From Brevinematales bacterium (lineage in GTDB: Bacteria > Spirochaetota > Brevinematia > Brevinematales > JAOACQ01), in assembly GCA_026417755.1 (NCBI GenBank), contig JAOACQ010000022.1, positions 1 through 53,063 on the forward strand: a stretch of 53,063 nt of DNA. The letters run 5' to 3'. The notes under the pieces were generated by a model, which ran no database searches, was not told the DNA's origin, and saw only the letters and a list, made by a program, of their open reading frames with translations. The position numbers and the translations under genes were made by a program. This document shows positions 1 through 10,875 of this stretch, piece by piece; within the stretch, counting starts at the first letter, position 1; each line of letters starts with the position of its first letter.

Positions 1-385
1 AATGATGGATATTTATTACTACGTTGAGTCCGGCATATAATGCACAATCAATAACATGATCTACTCTATTAAAAAACTCATTACTTATAGTATAAGGATA
101 ATTTTGTAGAGCCCTTATAGACCATTTGATCGGGATTCTCACTGTATCAAAGCCGGCCTGTTTCATTAACCTAAAATATTCATCTTTTATAGGATTACCC
201 CACGATTCTTCAGTAGGAGAGGCTTCAAGAGCATTGCCCATATTTACTCCTTTACCAAGGTTACTAGCCATTGTAAAAGCCTCTACCGCAGAAAATTCCC
301 TTCTTGGTTTCCCTCCTCCAGAAGAAGGAACGTTAGCGCAATCATAAAGCAAAAAAACTATAAGAAATATCAATGACAATCTCAT
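1..385 (-). CDS. GH5 endoglucanase/mannanase-like lipoprotein, 5' part (runs off the left edge of the window)
   Basis: Not in the ORF track. Manual translation from ATG at 385 (SD GGAGGTG upstream) gives MRLSLIFLIVFLLYDC...LGKGVNMGNALEA...WGNPIKDEYFRLMKQAGFDTVRIPIKWS...FFNRVDHVIDCALYAGLNVVINIHH, the typical GH5 N-terminus, with a possible lipoprotein Cys. Confidence 0.9.
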   Translation of the reverse strand, partial: MRLSLIFLIVFLLYDCANVPSSGGGKPRREFSAVEAFTMASNLGKGVNMGNALEASPTEESWGNPIKDEYFRLMKQAGFDTVRIPIKWSIRALQNYPYTISNEFFNRVDHVIDCALYAGLNVVINIHH

Positions 386-590
386 AGTACACCTCCAGAT
401 ATTATTACTTCCCAATCAATAAAAAAATGAAATCTTAAACTTTATTTTCTCATTAACATATTTAAACATCACTTTTAGAACTAAATAAAATTTTTTAAAT
501 TTTAAAGAATCTGCATTTCACATACTTAATCAAGATCTTAATCTTTTACACCCCAATTAAAATCAAATTTTGTAAACCCAAAATATTAAC

Positions 591-619
591 TTGCTATATT
601 CTTTTTTTTAGATTATAAT
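591..619 (+). promoter_or_regulatory. sigma70-type promoter of dapB-guaB
   Basis: TTGCTA-17 nt-TATAAT, followed by a GAGGT SD before the ATG at 641. Confidence 0.6.
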
Positions 620-640
620 AATTATATATAGAGGTAGGAT

Positions 641-1435
641 ATGACAAAAGTTTGTGTTACCGGGGCAGCCGGTAAAATGGGAAAAACCAACATTAACGTT
701 ATCCTTAGCGACAAAGAAGCTACCTTAAGCGGAGCTGTAGAAGCAAAAGACAGCCCTTTTGTTGGGCTTGATGCTGGTGAAGTTGCTGGATGTGGGAAAA
801 TTGGAATTAAGATAGAAGATTCATTAGAAAAAGTTGTTGGCAATTGTGATGTTGTTATAGACTTTACTTCAATCCATTCATTCGACGAAAATTTGTCCTG
901 TGTTTTAAAAAATAAAAAGGCTTTTGTCTGTGGAACCACAGGATTATCAAATGAACAGATAGAAAAAGCAAAACAAGCTGGAAATGAGATACCAATCATA
1001 TGGGCACCAAACTTCAGTGTAGGAATCACATTACTCAACAAGATCACAGCAATATGTGCAGAAGTCTTGAAAGAAAACTTTGACCCAGAAATTATGGAAA
1101 TTCATCACAAAATGAAAAAAGACGCTCCAAGTGGAACTGCTATTAAGTTACTTAACACCTTGAAAAAAATCTATAATTCAGAAGATGTTATATACGGTAG
1201 AGAAGGGCTTATTGGAGAAAGGCCACCTAAACAAATTGGTGTATCAACGTTAAGAGGTGGAGATGTAGTAGGAGAACATACTGTTTATTTCTTTGGGCAA
1301 GGTGAACGAATAGAATTAACCCACAAGGCTTCTTCAAGAGAAACTTTTGCACGAGGAGCATTAAGAGCTGCAAAATATATTGTAGCAAAAGGGAAGGGTT
1401 TTTATACAATGGAAGAAATTTTAGGTCTTAATTAG
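641..1435 (+). CDS. dapB: 4-hydroxy-tetrahydrodipicolinate reductase
   Basis: GAAGKMG Rossmann motif, GTTG, APNFS, EIHHKMKKDAPSGTA, RGGDVVGEH. Confidence 0.97.
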   Translation: MTKVCVTGAAGKMGKTNINVILSDKEATLSGAVEAKDSPFVGLDAGEVAGCGKIGIKIEDSLEKVVGNCDVVIDFTSIHSFDENLSCVLKNKKAFVCGTTGLSNEQIEKAKQAGNEIPIIWAPNFSVGITLLNKITAICAEVLKENFDPEIMEIHHKMKKDAPSGTAIKLLNTLKKIYNSEDVIYGREGLIGERPPKQIGVSTLRGGDVVGEHTVYFFGQGERIELTHKASSRETFARGALRAAKYIVAKGKGFYTMEEILGLN

Positions 1436-1445
1436 GAGTAAGTAA

Positions 1446-2954
1446 ATGTCAATATCATCTATTCCAGAAAAATTTTATATCGAAACTGAGGCTTTAACTT
1501 TTGATGATGTTCTCATTGTTCCAATGAAATCTGAGGTAATTCCATCTGAAACAAATACAGAAACCATACTCACAAGAAATATTTCTCTGAAAATACCTCT
1601 TGTTTCAGCTGCAATGGACACAGTAACAGATGCAAATCTTGCTATTGCAATTGCCCAACAGGGTGGGATAGGAATAATTCACAAAAATTTCTCTATAGAT
1701 AGACAAGCAGAGGAAGTAAAAAAAGTAAAACGATATGAAAACATAGTAATAAACAACCCAATTACACTTCAAATGAATAAAAAGGTCAAAGATGCAAAAA
1801 ACTTAATGAAAGAATATGGTATTTCAGGGATACCAATAGTAAATGAAAATAATGAGCTTGTAGGGATACTAACAAGAAGAGACCTGGATTTTATTGATCT
1901 TGAAAAGGATGGCAATATCCCTGTAAAAAATGTTATGACACCACGAAAAGATCTCATTACCTACGAGGGAGAAATTGACCTTAAGAAAGCTGCCGAAATA
2001 ATGAGAGAAAATAGAGTAGAAAAACTACCTCTGGTAGATAAAAATAACAGAATAACAGGCTTGATAACCCTCAAAGATATAACAAAAATAATTGAATACC
2101 CCTTTGCTACAAAAGACAAAAAAGGTAGGTTAAGAGTAGGGGCTGCTGTTGGAACCGGAGACATAGAGTTTGAAAGGGTAGAAAAACTTATAGAAAACGA
2201 AGTAGATGTCATAGTTGTAGACACTGCGCACGGTCATTCAAAAAAAGTTATCGAAATGGTAAAAAAGATTAAAAAACTGTATCCAGAAATGGAAATAATC
2301 GCTGGCAATATTGCAACTGGAGAAGCTGCAGAAGAACTTATAAGAGCAGGAGCTGACGCTGTAAAAGTAGGTATAGGTCCAGGTTCAATCTGTACAACAA
2401 GAGTAGTAGCGGGAATAGGAGTTCCTCAGATAACAGCAATAATGGAGGTATACAAAGTAACAAGAAGATATGATACCCCTGTAATTGCTGATGGCGGAAT
2501 AAAGTTTTCTGGAGATATTGCCAAGGCTATACTGGCTGGTGCAGATAGTGTTATGATTGGAAACCTATTTGCCGGAACAACCGAAAGCCCGGGGGAATCA
2601 GTCATATATAAAGGAAGAAGATATAAATCATATAGAGGCATGGGCTCTCTTGGTGCAATGCAAGAGGGTTCAAAAACAAGATATTTCCAGGACGATTTTG
2701 AACTTGAAAAACTTGTCCCAGAAGGTATAGAGGGACTTGTCCCATACAAAGGGGATTTAAAAGATGTAATATATCAGCTTATCGGGGGTCTTAAAGCTGC
2801 TTTAGGCTACACTGGTTCAAAAAACATCAAAGAATTTAAAGAGCGTGGAAAATTTATCAAAATTACTGGAGCCGGTTTAAAGGAATCACATCCACATGAT
2901 ATTTTGATAACAAAAGAAGCACCAAACTATATGATAGAAACAAAAGAAGATTAA
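1446..2954 (+). CDS. guaB: IMP dehydrogenase with CBS pair
   Basis: [27 protein letters not shown] catalytic Cys loop, YRGMGS, PEGIEG. Confidence 0.98.
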   Translation: MSISSIPEKFYIETEALTFDDVLIVPMKSEVIPSETNTETILTRNISLKIPLVSAAMDTVTDANLAIAIAQQGGIGIIHKNFSIDRQAEEVKKVKRYENIVINNPITLQMNKKVKDAKNLMKEYGISGIPIVNENNELVGILTRRDLDFIDLEKDGNIPVKNVMTPRKDLITYEGEIDLKKAAEIMRENRVEKLPLVDKNNRITGLITLKDITKIIEYPFATKDKKGRLRVGAAVGTGDIEFERVEKLIENEVDVIVVDTAHGHSKKVIEMVKKIKKLYPEMEIIAGNIATGEAAEELIRAGADAVKVGIGPGSICTTRVVAGIGVPQITAIMEVYKVTRRYDTPVIADGGIKFSGDIAKAILAGADSVMIGNLFAGTTESPGESVIYKGRRYKSYRGMGSLGAMQEGSKTRYFQDDFELEKLVPEGIEGLVPYKGDLKDVIYQLIGGLKAALGYTGSKNIKEFKERGKFIKITGAGLKESHPHDILITKEAPNYMIETKED

Positions 2955-2965
2955 CGGGGGAGAGA

Positions 2966-3958
2966 ATGAGCTCAAACTTAATAAGTTTAACAATTAAAGA
3001 ATTAGAAAATGAAATTTTAAACGGTAAAAATTTTGTTCTGGTTGAGCCTATTTATGACTCAAAAATGCAAGTTTTAATTGGAACTTCAAAGATTTTGACA
3101 ACAAAGGATATTGAAAAGATTAAAGAAAGGTGCCCGGATTGTTTAGACAAAAAAATAACCTTAAAACATACAATTCCACACTACGTACCGGAAGAAAAAA
3201 GAATCCAATGGATTGACTATGTTATATCTTTTATAGACAAGCATAATTATTTTAAAACCTTGTCAAAAGATAATAAAGAATTTATTTCTAAATATTTGAA
3301 AATGTCATTGAAAGATAGTGATTACGTAATATGGAAACTCTCTCAGCTTAAAACATTTTCTTTAAAGATTTTTGAACATACAATATACACTACTTTTGTT
3401 TCAATACTCGCCTATAAATATATTTGTATAACAAAAAAACAGGGGATGATAGATGGAAATGAACTTGAGAAATTAATATATGTATCAATCCTTCACACTA
3501 TTGGTCTTACTAAATATGATCAAACTTTTGTAGAAAGAAAAAGAATGGATATAGATGTTTCTGATGAAAAAGCAAATTATTATCAATATTCACTTGAATC
3601 AGTTAAGCTCATTCATTCAGAAAAAGAAAAACATGAGATCCCGGAAGATGTTGTTGAAGCTATTCTTAATCATAATGAATATCTAGATGGTAGTGGCCAA
3701 CCACGTGGTATAGGAGGAAAAGATATCTCCCTACTTTCAAGAATAGTCGGAGCAGCCTCTTTTTATGAATGGCTTATCAGAGGTGATTATACTCTTAAAG
3801 AAAGGGAATATAAAATTTATCTTGAAAAATTTCGTCAAATGAAAGGCAAATTAGACCCAGAAATAATAGACGCTATAGACAAGACTTTTCAGCATGTTTT
3901 TACAAATATAACTAATCAATATCTTTCAGACTATCCTCAATCTGGAAAAACTCGTTAA
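2966..3958 (+). CDS. HD-GYP-like domain protein with degenerate active site
   Basis: ILHTIG in place of LHDIG; ILNHNEYLDGSGQPRG in place of HHExxDGxGYP; I(S)LLSRIV; GKLDPEIIDA. Confidence 0.75.
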   Translation: MSSNLISLTIKELENEILNGKNFVLVEPIYDSKMQVLIGTSKILTTKDIEKIKERCPDCLDKKITLKHTIPHYVPEEKRIQWIDYVISFIDKHNYFKTLSKDNKEFISKYLKMSLKDSDYVIWKLSQLKTFSLKIFEHTIYTTFVSILAYKYICITKKQGMIDGNELEKLIYVSILHTIGLTKYDQTFVERKRMDIDVSDEKANYYQYSLESVKLIHSEKEKHEIPEDVVEAILNHNEYLDGSGQPRGIGGKDISLLSRIVGAASFYEWLIRGDYTLKEREYKIYLEKFRQMKGKLDPEIIDAIDKTFQHVFTNITNQYLSDYPQSGKTR

Positions 3959-4238
3959 GTCGAAATGTGATAAATAGATCTTTTATATCTTTATTTAAGC
4001 CAACCAAGTATATCTTTCCATTCTTTTCAGCAAGCCTTTTATAAGCAAGCAAAAGTTTCCCAATCCCACTTGAACCAATAAATAACATTTCAGAGAAATC
4101 TATAATTATCTCATTCTTTCCTTCATCTATAATTGAAGAGAGAATCTCTTTAAATTCTCTTGCTGCTGGATCTGTAACAATATTCTCCTGAATTTTTAAC
4201 ACCGTTTTACCCTTATGGGTTGTAATAGCATATTTCAT
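3912..4238 (-). CDS. STAS-domain anti-sigma factor antagonist
   Basis: IIIDFSEMLFIGSSGIGKLL motif, 108 aa, SD GGAGG. Confidence 0.9.
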   Translation of the reverse strand: MKYAITTHKGKTVLKIQENIVTDPAAREFKEILSSIIDEGKNEIIIDFSEMLFIGSSGIGKLLLAYKRLAEKNGKIYLVGLNKDIKDLFITFRLNEFFQIEDSLKDID

Positions 4239-4352
4239 TGTCTTCCTCCATTTCTTTATTTTATCTTATTTATTTCTAAAAATCAACTATTTTTTGTTAT
4301 TTTATTTATCATTGTTTATAATTTATATGTAAAATAACTTTTGAGGATAAAA

Positions 4353-5246
4353 ATGAAGATTTCAATTGTAATGCCTGTTTATAACAGGGCATATCTCCTA
4401 GAAAAAGTCTTAACACATCTTACAAACCAGGACTATGCTAACATTGAGTATGTAATAGTTGATGATGGTTCAACTGATAATACCAAAGAGGTTGTGAAAA
4501 ATTTCCCGGTTAATTATATCTATCAACCCAATGGAGGTTGTGCCTCTGCAAGAAATACCGGCATAAGAAATGCTAGTGGTGATATAATTCTTTTTGTGGA
4601 TAGTGATGTTTTTGTCCCAAAAAATCTTGCATCAATCCATGCCAAATACCATTCAAAATTTGATAAAGTTATAGTTCAAGGGCAACTTGTGAGAATAATA
4701 GACATAAATGATGCTTTTAAAACAAAATTTTCCATTTATGATTATTCAAGGAGTTTTTTTGATACTGCAAATGTTTCCGTGAAAAAAAAATATTTGATTG
4801 AAGTATCTGGTTTTGATGAAAAAATTTTTAAAAAAGGCTGGGAAGATCTTGATATAGGTTTAAGATTAATAAAAAATGGTCTCAAAGTAAAAAGAATCAA
4901 AGAGGGTTATGTATGGCATTACGAAGGAAACTATACAAAAGAGTCAATTCTTGATTTTTTTGATGATAGAATAAGAGAAGGAAGAGCAAGTGTAGATTTC
5001 TACAGAAAATATCCAACCTTTGAAGTTAAAATGATGACAATGGCGAGCCCATTTTTTTTATGGCTTTCTGACAAAATTTATAACATAGAATTTTATAAAT
5101 CACAAAAATTTTTCGATAAGATAAATAGACTTATAGAAAAAAATGAAAAAACAAAGGCTATAGCAAAGGTAAGGCTTGCTGGTTATGCCTTTCATTTTGA
5201 AGGCATAAAGCAAAAACTTAAGGAGGATGGATTTATTCTTCCCTAA
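4353..5246 (+). CDS. Glycosyltransferase family 2
   Basis: ISIVMPVYNR, VDDGSTD, ARNTGI, FVDSD, GWEDLD; start moved to the ATG at 4353 after a GAGGA SD. Confidence 0.92.
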   Translation: MKISIVMPVYNRAYLLEKVLTHLTNQDYANIEYVIVDDGSTDNTKEVVKNFPVNYIYQPNGGCASARNTGIRNASGDIILFVDSDVFVPKNLASIHAKYHSKFDKVIVQGQLVRIIDINDAFKTKFSIYDYSRSFFDTANVSVKKKYLIEVSGFDEKIFKKGWEDLDIGLRLIKNGLKVKRIKEGYVWHYEGNYTKESILDFFDDRIREGRASVDFYRKYPTFEVKMMTMASPFFLWLSDKIYNIEFYKSQKFFDKINRLIEKNEKTKAIAKVRLAGYAFHFEGIKQKLKEDGFILP

Positions 5247-5266
5247 AACCTTTGTGGGAGGTGAAA

Positions 5267-5593
5267 ATGAGTGTTTTACCAATAGACTTACAGGTTCTAT
5301 TCTCAAAATCAACGGAGCATTCTGAAAACATAGCAAGACACTCAAATGCTGCACAAATGGGTCAGATGACAAACTTTGAAAAAGTCAGGAAAGAAAGTGT
5401 AGAAATAAACGAAAAGATAAAAGAAACAGACGAATACGCGGAGGATTTTACAAAAATACAGCCGGATGGAGAAGGTTATAAAGAACAAGCCGAATCTCAT
5501 TCACAAAAAAGAGAGAAAGAAGAAAAACCACACGAATACAAACCAGCTCTTAAAGAAGAAGGAAAAGGCACCATCATAGATGTAGTTGAATAG
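5267..5593 (+). CDS. Conserved hypothetical protein (PIDLQ...KGxxIDV type)
   Basis: SD GGAGGTG before ATG 5267; N-terminal PIDLQ and C-terminal GKGTIIDV resemble small proteins often found near flagellar genes (recollection, not searched). Confidence 0.6.
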   Translation: MSVLPIDLQVLFSKSTEHSENIARHSNAAQMGQMTNFEKVRKESVEINEKIKETDEYAEDFTKIQPDGEGYKEQAESHSQKREKEEKPHEYKPALKEEGKGTIIDVVE

Positions 5594-5599
5594 AAAATC

Positions 5600-6286
5600 T
5601 TACTTTGCCTCGTAGAAATAGACTTTTCCTCTCGCAAAAGAAGCCCAATAAGAATCAGGAAAATCCGACAAAACTTTTTTATAAAAGCCTATAGAGGTTT
5701 CTACTTCATTTTGCATTTCCTTAGCCCTTGCCATACCAATAAGAGCTATAGGAGCAAAACCTTCTTTCTTAAATTTCAGATAAACTTCCTGATAATCTTC
5801 AAAAGCCTTAGCTACATCATTTTTCTGTTCATAACATTGTGCCCTACCTAACAAAGCCAGAGCCTTATAAAAAGGAATCTTTGATCTTTCAAAAGCCCCA
5901 CTATAGTAGGAGATAGCTTGAGCCATGGCTTCTTCATTTTTTGAAAAGGTATATGTCTGATACATTATTTTGCCAAGAAACAATCTGGCTCTGATAGCAC
6001 CAAGTGTTGAAGGATAATTTTGAACTACCAGATTCAAGTTATTTATCTGCTGCTGATAATATTCATTTCTTTCTGTTTCGTTGGTAACATACATAAGATT
6101 TTGAATTGTAAAAATAGCCCTGTCATAAAGTTGAGCCGATTTTTCTTCATTGCTTGTTTTAAAATAAATATAAAATATAAGCCCAATCAAAATTACTGCT
6201 ATTAAACTTGCTGAAATGATTAACTGCATTCGGAATTTATTAACAAACTCAAGCAATTTAATTAAACTATTATTTTGATTTTCCAT
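5600..6286 (-). CDS. Membrane-anchored TPR protein (YfgM-like)
   Basis: One N-terminal TM helix followed by TPR motifs; overlaps the 3' end of rpsA. Confidence 0.75.
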   Translation of the reverse strand: MENQNNSLIKLLEFVNKFRMQLIISASLIAVILIGLIFYIYFKTSNEEKSAQLYDRAIFTIQNLMYVTNETERNEYYQQQINNLNLVVQNYPSTLGAIRARLFLGKIMYQTYTFSKNEEAMAQAISYYSGAFERSKIPFYKALALLGRAQCYEQKNDVAKAFEDYQEVYLKFKKEGFAPIALIGMARAKEMQNEVETSIGFYKKVLSDFPDSYWASFARGKVYFYEAK

Positions 6287-7988
6287 TTTTCTTCTCCAGT
6301 TTAATATTTTGAAGCTGTTCTTTTAACATATCTCCAATAGTTATTTTATTAACACTTTCAGAATTTTCAACAAGGTATTTTTCTGTCTCTTTTTTCTCTT
6401 CTTTGATAAGATAATCCCTTATACTTAATTCTATTTTATTCTTCGCCACATCAACAAATTTAACAATAGCATTTACCTCCATCCCATTTGAAAATTTTTC
6501 TTCTGGATTTTCAATCTTTTCCTTATCGAGTAAGTTAATAGGAACAAACCCAGTCAGATTATTCTCAAGAGCAACAATAACACCATCTTTCTGAATTTCT
6601 TTAATCTTACCACTAACAACAGAACCTTTTGGATAATTCAGCGAAAAAGTTTTGTAAGGATTATCAGAAAGCTGTTTATATCCTATCCTCAATTTTTCTT
6701 TTTCTGCATCAACAGACAAAACTATTGCTGTCACTTTTTGACCTTTCTTAAACTTATCTTTGAGATTTACGTTCTGATCAAGCCAGTCTACATCTTCTTT
6801 TCTCATAAGTCCTTCTATACCATCTTCAAGCTGAATAAATACACCAAAGTCAAGTATAGAAGAAACAACACCTTCAACCTTTTTACCCACCGGATAATTT
6901 TCTTCTGCCTTTGCCCATGGATTTTCATAGATTTCTCTTAATGAAACGGTCATTTTTCTATTTTCTGGTTCTATATTCGCAACTTTTACCTTTACTATGT
7001 CTCCCTGTTTGAGAACATCCTTAGGATCTCTTACTTTTTTAGTCCAGGAAAGCTCTTCTGTTGGCAAAAATGCCTCTATTCCTTCTTCAAGCTCAACAAT
7101 TGCACCATTTTTCTTGAAACTTACAACCTTTCCTTTAACAAGCTGATTTAAGCTATATTTTTTTGTAACCAATTCCCACGGATCCTGAAGCAATTGCTTT
7201 CTACCCACCTTTATCAGTTTCTTTGTCTCATCAACTGAAAGAATAACAACCTCAATCTCATCCCCATCCTTCAAAACCTTTCTCAAATCAGGCAAATATT
7301 TCCATGAAAAATCAGAAATATGCATAAAAAGACTGACACCATCTGATACCAAAAAAGCATAATCTTTTTCAATCTTATCAACTTTAGCTTTTAACTTGTC
7401 CCCAACCTTATATTTTTCAAAGAAAGTTGAATACATTTTTTGAATCGTTTTGGATAAATATCTTTTTCTCGAAAGTGTAATATTTCCTTTCTGATATTCT
7501 ATTATACTTAAATCAAAAGAAAGACCTTTTAATTCTTCAGGTTTTTTGCCTCTAGTATCTATTTGAGATAGAGGGAGAAATCCCATTATACCAAATCCCA
7601 GATCAACATTAAATCCCTTAGGCTCATTATTTTTATATACAACTTCGGTGATAACACCTTTTACCCCTATATCTTCTCTATATGCCTTTCTTATTTCTTC
7701 AGTTTTTTTCAACTTTTCAGCTTCAATCCTTGAAGCTACCATAACCCCTTCTTCAACTCCCTTAAATACAACCTCGACATCACTACCTATAACCGGTTTA
7801 TCGGAAAACTCCTCCAGAGGAATGACAGCCTCAGATTTTCCTCCCATATCAAGGAACACATCTTTACCTGAAACTGCAACAATCCTTCCTTTGTGAATCT
7901 TGTTATTCATAACATTTTCCGAAGCATTCTTAAAATCGTCTGATTTCATTGCTTCAAGAAAAATATCACCCATAGGATCTGAATTCAT
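6270..7988 (-). CDS. rpsA: 30S ribosomal protein S1
   Basis: Tandem S1 domains (MHISDFSW, FGVFIQLEDGIEGL); probable start MNSDP at 7988 with a GGAG SD; TTGACA-16-TAAAAT promoter at 8022-8049. Confidence 0.92.
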   Translation of the reverse strand: MNSDPMGDIFLEAMKSDDFKNASENVMNNKIHKGRIVAVSGKDVFLDMGGKSEAVIPLEEFSDKPVIGSDVEVVFKGVEEGVMVASRIEAEKLKKTEEIRKAYREDIGVKGVITEVVYKNNEPKGFNVDLGFGIMGFLPLSQIDTRGKKPEELKGLSFDLSIIEYQKGNITLSRKRYLSKTIQKMYSTFFEKYKVGDKLKAKVDKIEKDYAFLVSDGVSLFMHISDFSWKYLPDLRKVLKDGDEIEVVILSVDETKKLIKVGRKQLLQDPWELVTKKYSLNQLVKGKVVSFKKNGAIVELEEGIEAFLPTEELSWTKKVRDPKDVLKQGDIVKVKVANIEPENRKMTVSLREIYENPWAKAEENYPVGKKVEGVVSSILDFGVFIQLEDGIEGLMRKEDVDWLDQNVNLKDKFKKGQKVTAIVLSVDAEKEKLRIGYKQLSDNPYKTFSLNYPKGSVVSGKIKEIQKDGVIVALENNLTGFVPINLLDKEKIENPEEKFSNGMEVNAIVKFVDVAKNKIELSIRDYLIKEEKKETEKYLVENSESVNKITIGDMLKEQLQNIKLEKKNGKSK

Positions 7989-8052
7989 ATAAAACTCCAT
8001 CAAAAAAAATACCAGATATATATTTTAATACTAATCTTTGATTTGTCAATTT

Positions 8053-10065
8053 TTATTCAGATAAGTTTAATGGAATATTTATTAAATAGACAAGCCCCTT
8101 TTCATTCTTTATTTCTATAGACGCCTTTAATTGATAAATCAATGATTTTACTATTGTAATACCGAGAGAACTTCCTTCAAAAAATGCTTTTTTATCCTTT
8201 ATTCCTACTCCATCATCACCGATTTCAATTATTAAAGTGTGCTCTTTTTCTTCCACAAGGATTTTTATACCACCTCTTCTATTATCTGGAAAAGCATATT
8301 TTAAGCTATTAGTTAATATCTCATTTATTATCATACCACACGGAATAGCTATATCCATTGGTAATTCCGGTAATTTTGTTATATTAACATTAAAGTTAAT
8401 CTTGCCAAATATTTCAGGATATATACCTTTAAGATAATTGATTAACTTTTCTATATAAATCGAAAAATCTACGGCTGTATATTGATTGGTTTGATAGAGC
8501 ATTTCATGAATAAGCGCCATAGAATAAATTCTATTCTGGCTAACAGTAAGAGAATCTTTTACATTGTTATCTGAGGTTTTATTTTTTTGTAGGTTAAGAA
8601 GGCTTATTACAATATTGAAATTATTCTTTACCCTGTGATGTATTTCTTTGATAAGTAAATCTTTCTCTTTAAGTGAAGATTTTAAGGCCTCCTGTAATCT
8701 CAATATCTCGGTGAGGTCAACAAATGTGAAAACTAAGTTTTTATCTATCTTTTTTACCCTGATGTTACATATTCTCTCTTCCCCATTTTTAAGAATTAAC
8801 TTAACAGAATCAAACCCTATTTCTTTGTTTGGGCTACTTAAAAAATCTTTTATGCTATTAACAATCATTGCTTTTGTTTCTTCAGAATAAACTAACTCAA
8901 GTCTATTAATAAGATTATTTCACATTTTTTCAAGTTCTTCAACAGAAACATTTGCAAATTTCTTCAACGCTATATTTGACTTTAAAACCTTCAATTCTTC
9001 ACTAACCATCAAAACAGGAACAGGTAACTCATTTAAAATTTCATCTAAAAATTCTGCACTTTCTCTCAATTCATTTTCAAGCCTTTTTGTCCTTTCAAGT
9101 TCAAGATTTAATTCAAAAGTTCTTCTTTTAATAATCTGATTAAGTTGATAATTGAAAAACAAAAGGATACTTATTGTTAGAATTATTGATAAAAATACAA
9201 TTATTGAAACAATAAGAACTCTTTCAATAATTTTTTTGTTATAGAGATCTATCTTTATCCATTTGTTAAGGATAGAAGTATAAATCTGGGGTGGAATTTT
9301 CTTTTGAGTTTTGTTAAGAATATTTCTGAATATTTCCCAATCCTTTCTTATACCGAAACCCATAACAGAATCTGGCTTAAATACACTTACAATTTCAAGA
9401 TTAACATATCCGCCTCTTCTCATATAGTATTCTGCAGTAGCAAGATCTGAAATAAAAACATCGGCTTCTTTATTAATCAATAACTCCAGAGCTTCTGTAT
9501 TATTATTAGCAAGAATAGTTTTATATCCCTTATATTTTTCTGTAACAAGCCCTGTTAGCCCATAATCTTTTACCATTGTAATTCTATATTCACCAAGATG
9601 TTCCAGTCTCACCTTTTTTGTCTCATTTTTTCTACCAACTATCACAGAGGGAATAAATAGATATGGATCCGAAAATAACATATATTGATTTCTTATATCA
9701 TTAGATACAACTGTATTTAAAAGATCTATCTTTTTTGCTTTAAAATCCGCAATTATATCTGACCAGTTGGAGTAAATCAATATTTCAAATTTAATCCCAA
9801 GCATATCTTCTATCAAACTGAGATAATCAGCCCCAATACCCCGGTATTTTCCAGCCTTATCAATAAACTCAAAGGGAGCAAAATGAGGATCTGGTGCCAT
9901 TCTTATAATTTGATGATTTGATAACCAAGATAACTCTTCCTCTGTAAGAAAACTTTCTTTCTCTGGAAGTATTATCTGATTATAACTAACAGAACTCTCA
10001 TACCAAACTAAACTTGAAACACTGTAAGCAAAAGAAAATAGAAAAAGTAGCACAAATTTTCTCAT
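8053..10065 (-). pseudogene. Periplasmic-binding-domain/TM/PAS/HisKA_2 sensor histidine kinase interrupted by one in-frame TGA at 8920-8922
   Basis: ORFs 8920..10065 and 8053..8868 share a frame. The read is EELEKM*NNLINRLELVYSEETKAMIVNS and the PAS fold spans the stop. The C-terminal part has EIHHRVKNN, NEILTNSLKYAF and DDGVG. Confidence 0.8.
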
Positions 10066-10113
10066 AAAACTATGATAAGTTAAAACTAAAATTTTATCAA
10101 TAGTTTTTTAAAA

Positions 10114-10875
10114 TTATCTTAAATTTTTTAAATATTCTTTAAGGCCAAAAATCCCCTTTTCTTCAAAAACTTTTATACTCTGTGTTCCTATAACCGCTAT
10201 ATCTACCTTATCCTTTAAGAAATCTATCTCTTCCCTTTCCTTTATTCCAAAACCCAAAGCGAGTGGTAGAGAAGTAAAACTCTTACATCTATCTATATAT
10301 TTAGTTAGCTCAGTATTAAAATCTGTTTTTTGCCCGGTTATTCCTTTTCTTGCAACACAATAGACAAAACCATCTGCAAAACTTGATAGAAGCCTCAACC
10401 TGCCATCTTTGGAAGTTGGAGTAAAAATGAAAATAGGAGATATTCCTGCTCCTTTCATCGAAGAAATATACTCTTCTCCTTCTTCAGGAGGCAAATCAGG
10501 TACAATAGCCCCTTTGATAGCTACTTTTTCCATTTCAAAAACAAAATTTTTGACCCCATACTTAAATAAAATATTGTAATAAGTCATAAATAAAAAAGGA
10601 ATATCAAACGTTGAAGTTATTTTAGCAGCAAATTCAAAACAGTCTCTTGTTCTTACACCATTCTTTAAAGCAAGATGGTTAGCATATAAAATTGTGGGAC
10701 CATCTGCAATTGGTTCGGAAAAAGGAATTTGCAACTCCATTAAATCAACCCCAGCATTAACCATCGTTTCAACTATTTTAAGCGAAGTTTTAATATCCGG
10801 ATAACCAATAACTATATGAGTCATAAGTAAAATCTCTTTTGACTTTCTCCTCTCATTTATGTAATTTGTTAGCAT
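10114..10875 (-). CDS. trpA: Tryptophan synthase alpha chain
   Basis: [30 protein letters not shown]; start reassigned to ATG 10875 (SD GGAGGT). Confidence 0.95.
   Translation of the reverse strand: MLTNYINERRKSKEILLMTHIVIGYPDIKTSLKIVETMVNAGVDLMELQIPFSEPIADGPTILYANHLALKNGVRTRDCFEFAAKITSTFDIPFLFMTYYNILFKYGVKNFVFEMEKVAIKGAIVPDLPPEEGEEYISSMKGAGISPIFIFTPTSKDGRLRLLSSFADGFVYCVARKGITGQKTDFNTELTKYIDRCKSFTSLPLALGFGIKEREEIDFLKDKVDIAVIGTQSIKVFEEKGIFGLKEYLKNLR

Noticed and set aside
126-347. 73-aa plus-strand ORF
   Set aside because: Antisense shadow of the GH5 gene on the minus strand
8920-8922. Genome-wide UGA recoding (Trp/Gly) or selenocysteine
   Set aside because: UGA ends intact genes elsewhere (trpB, aspA-like, mltG), TGG is used for Trp, and no SECIS-like hairpin or redox motif is evident
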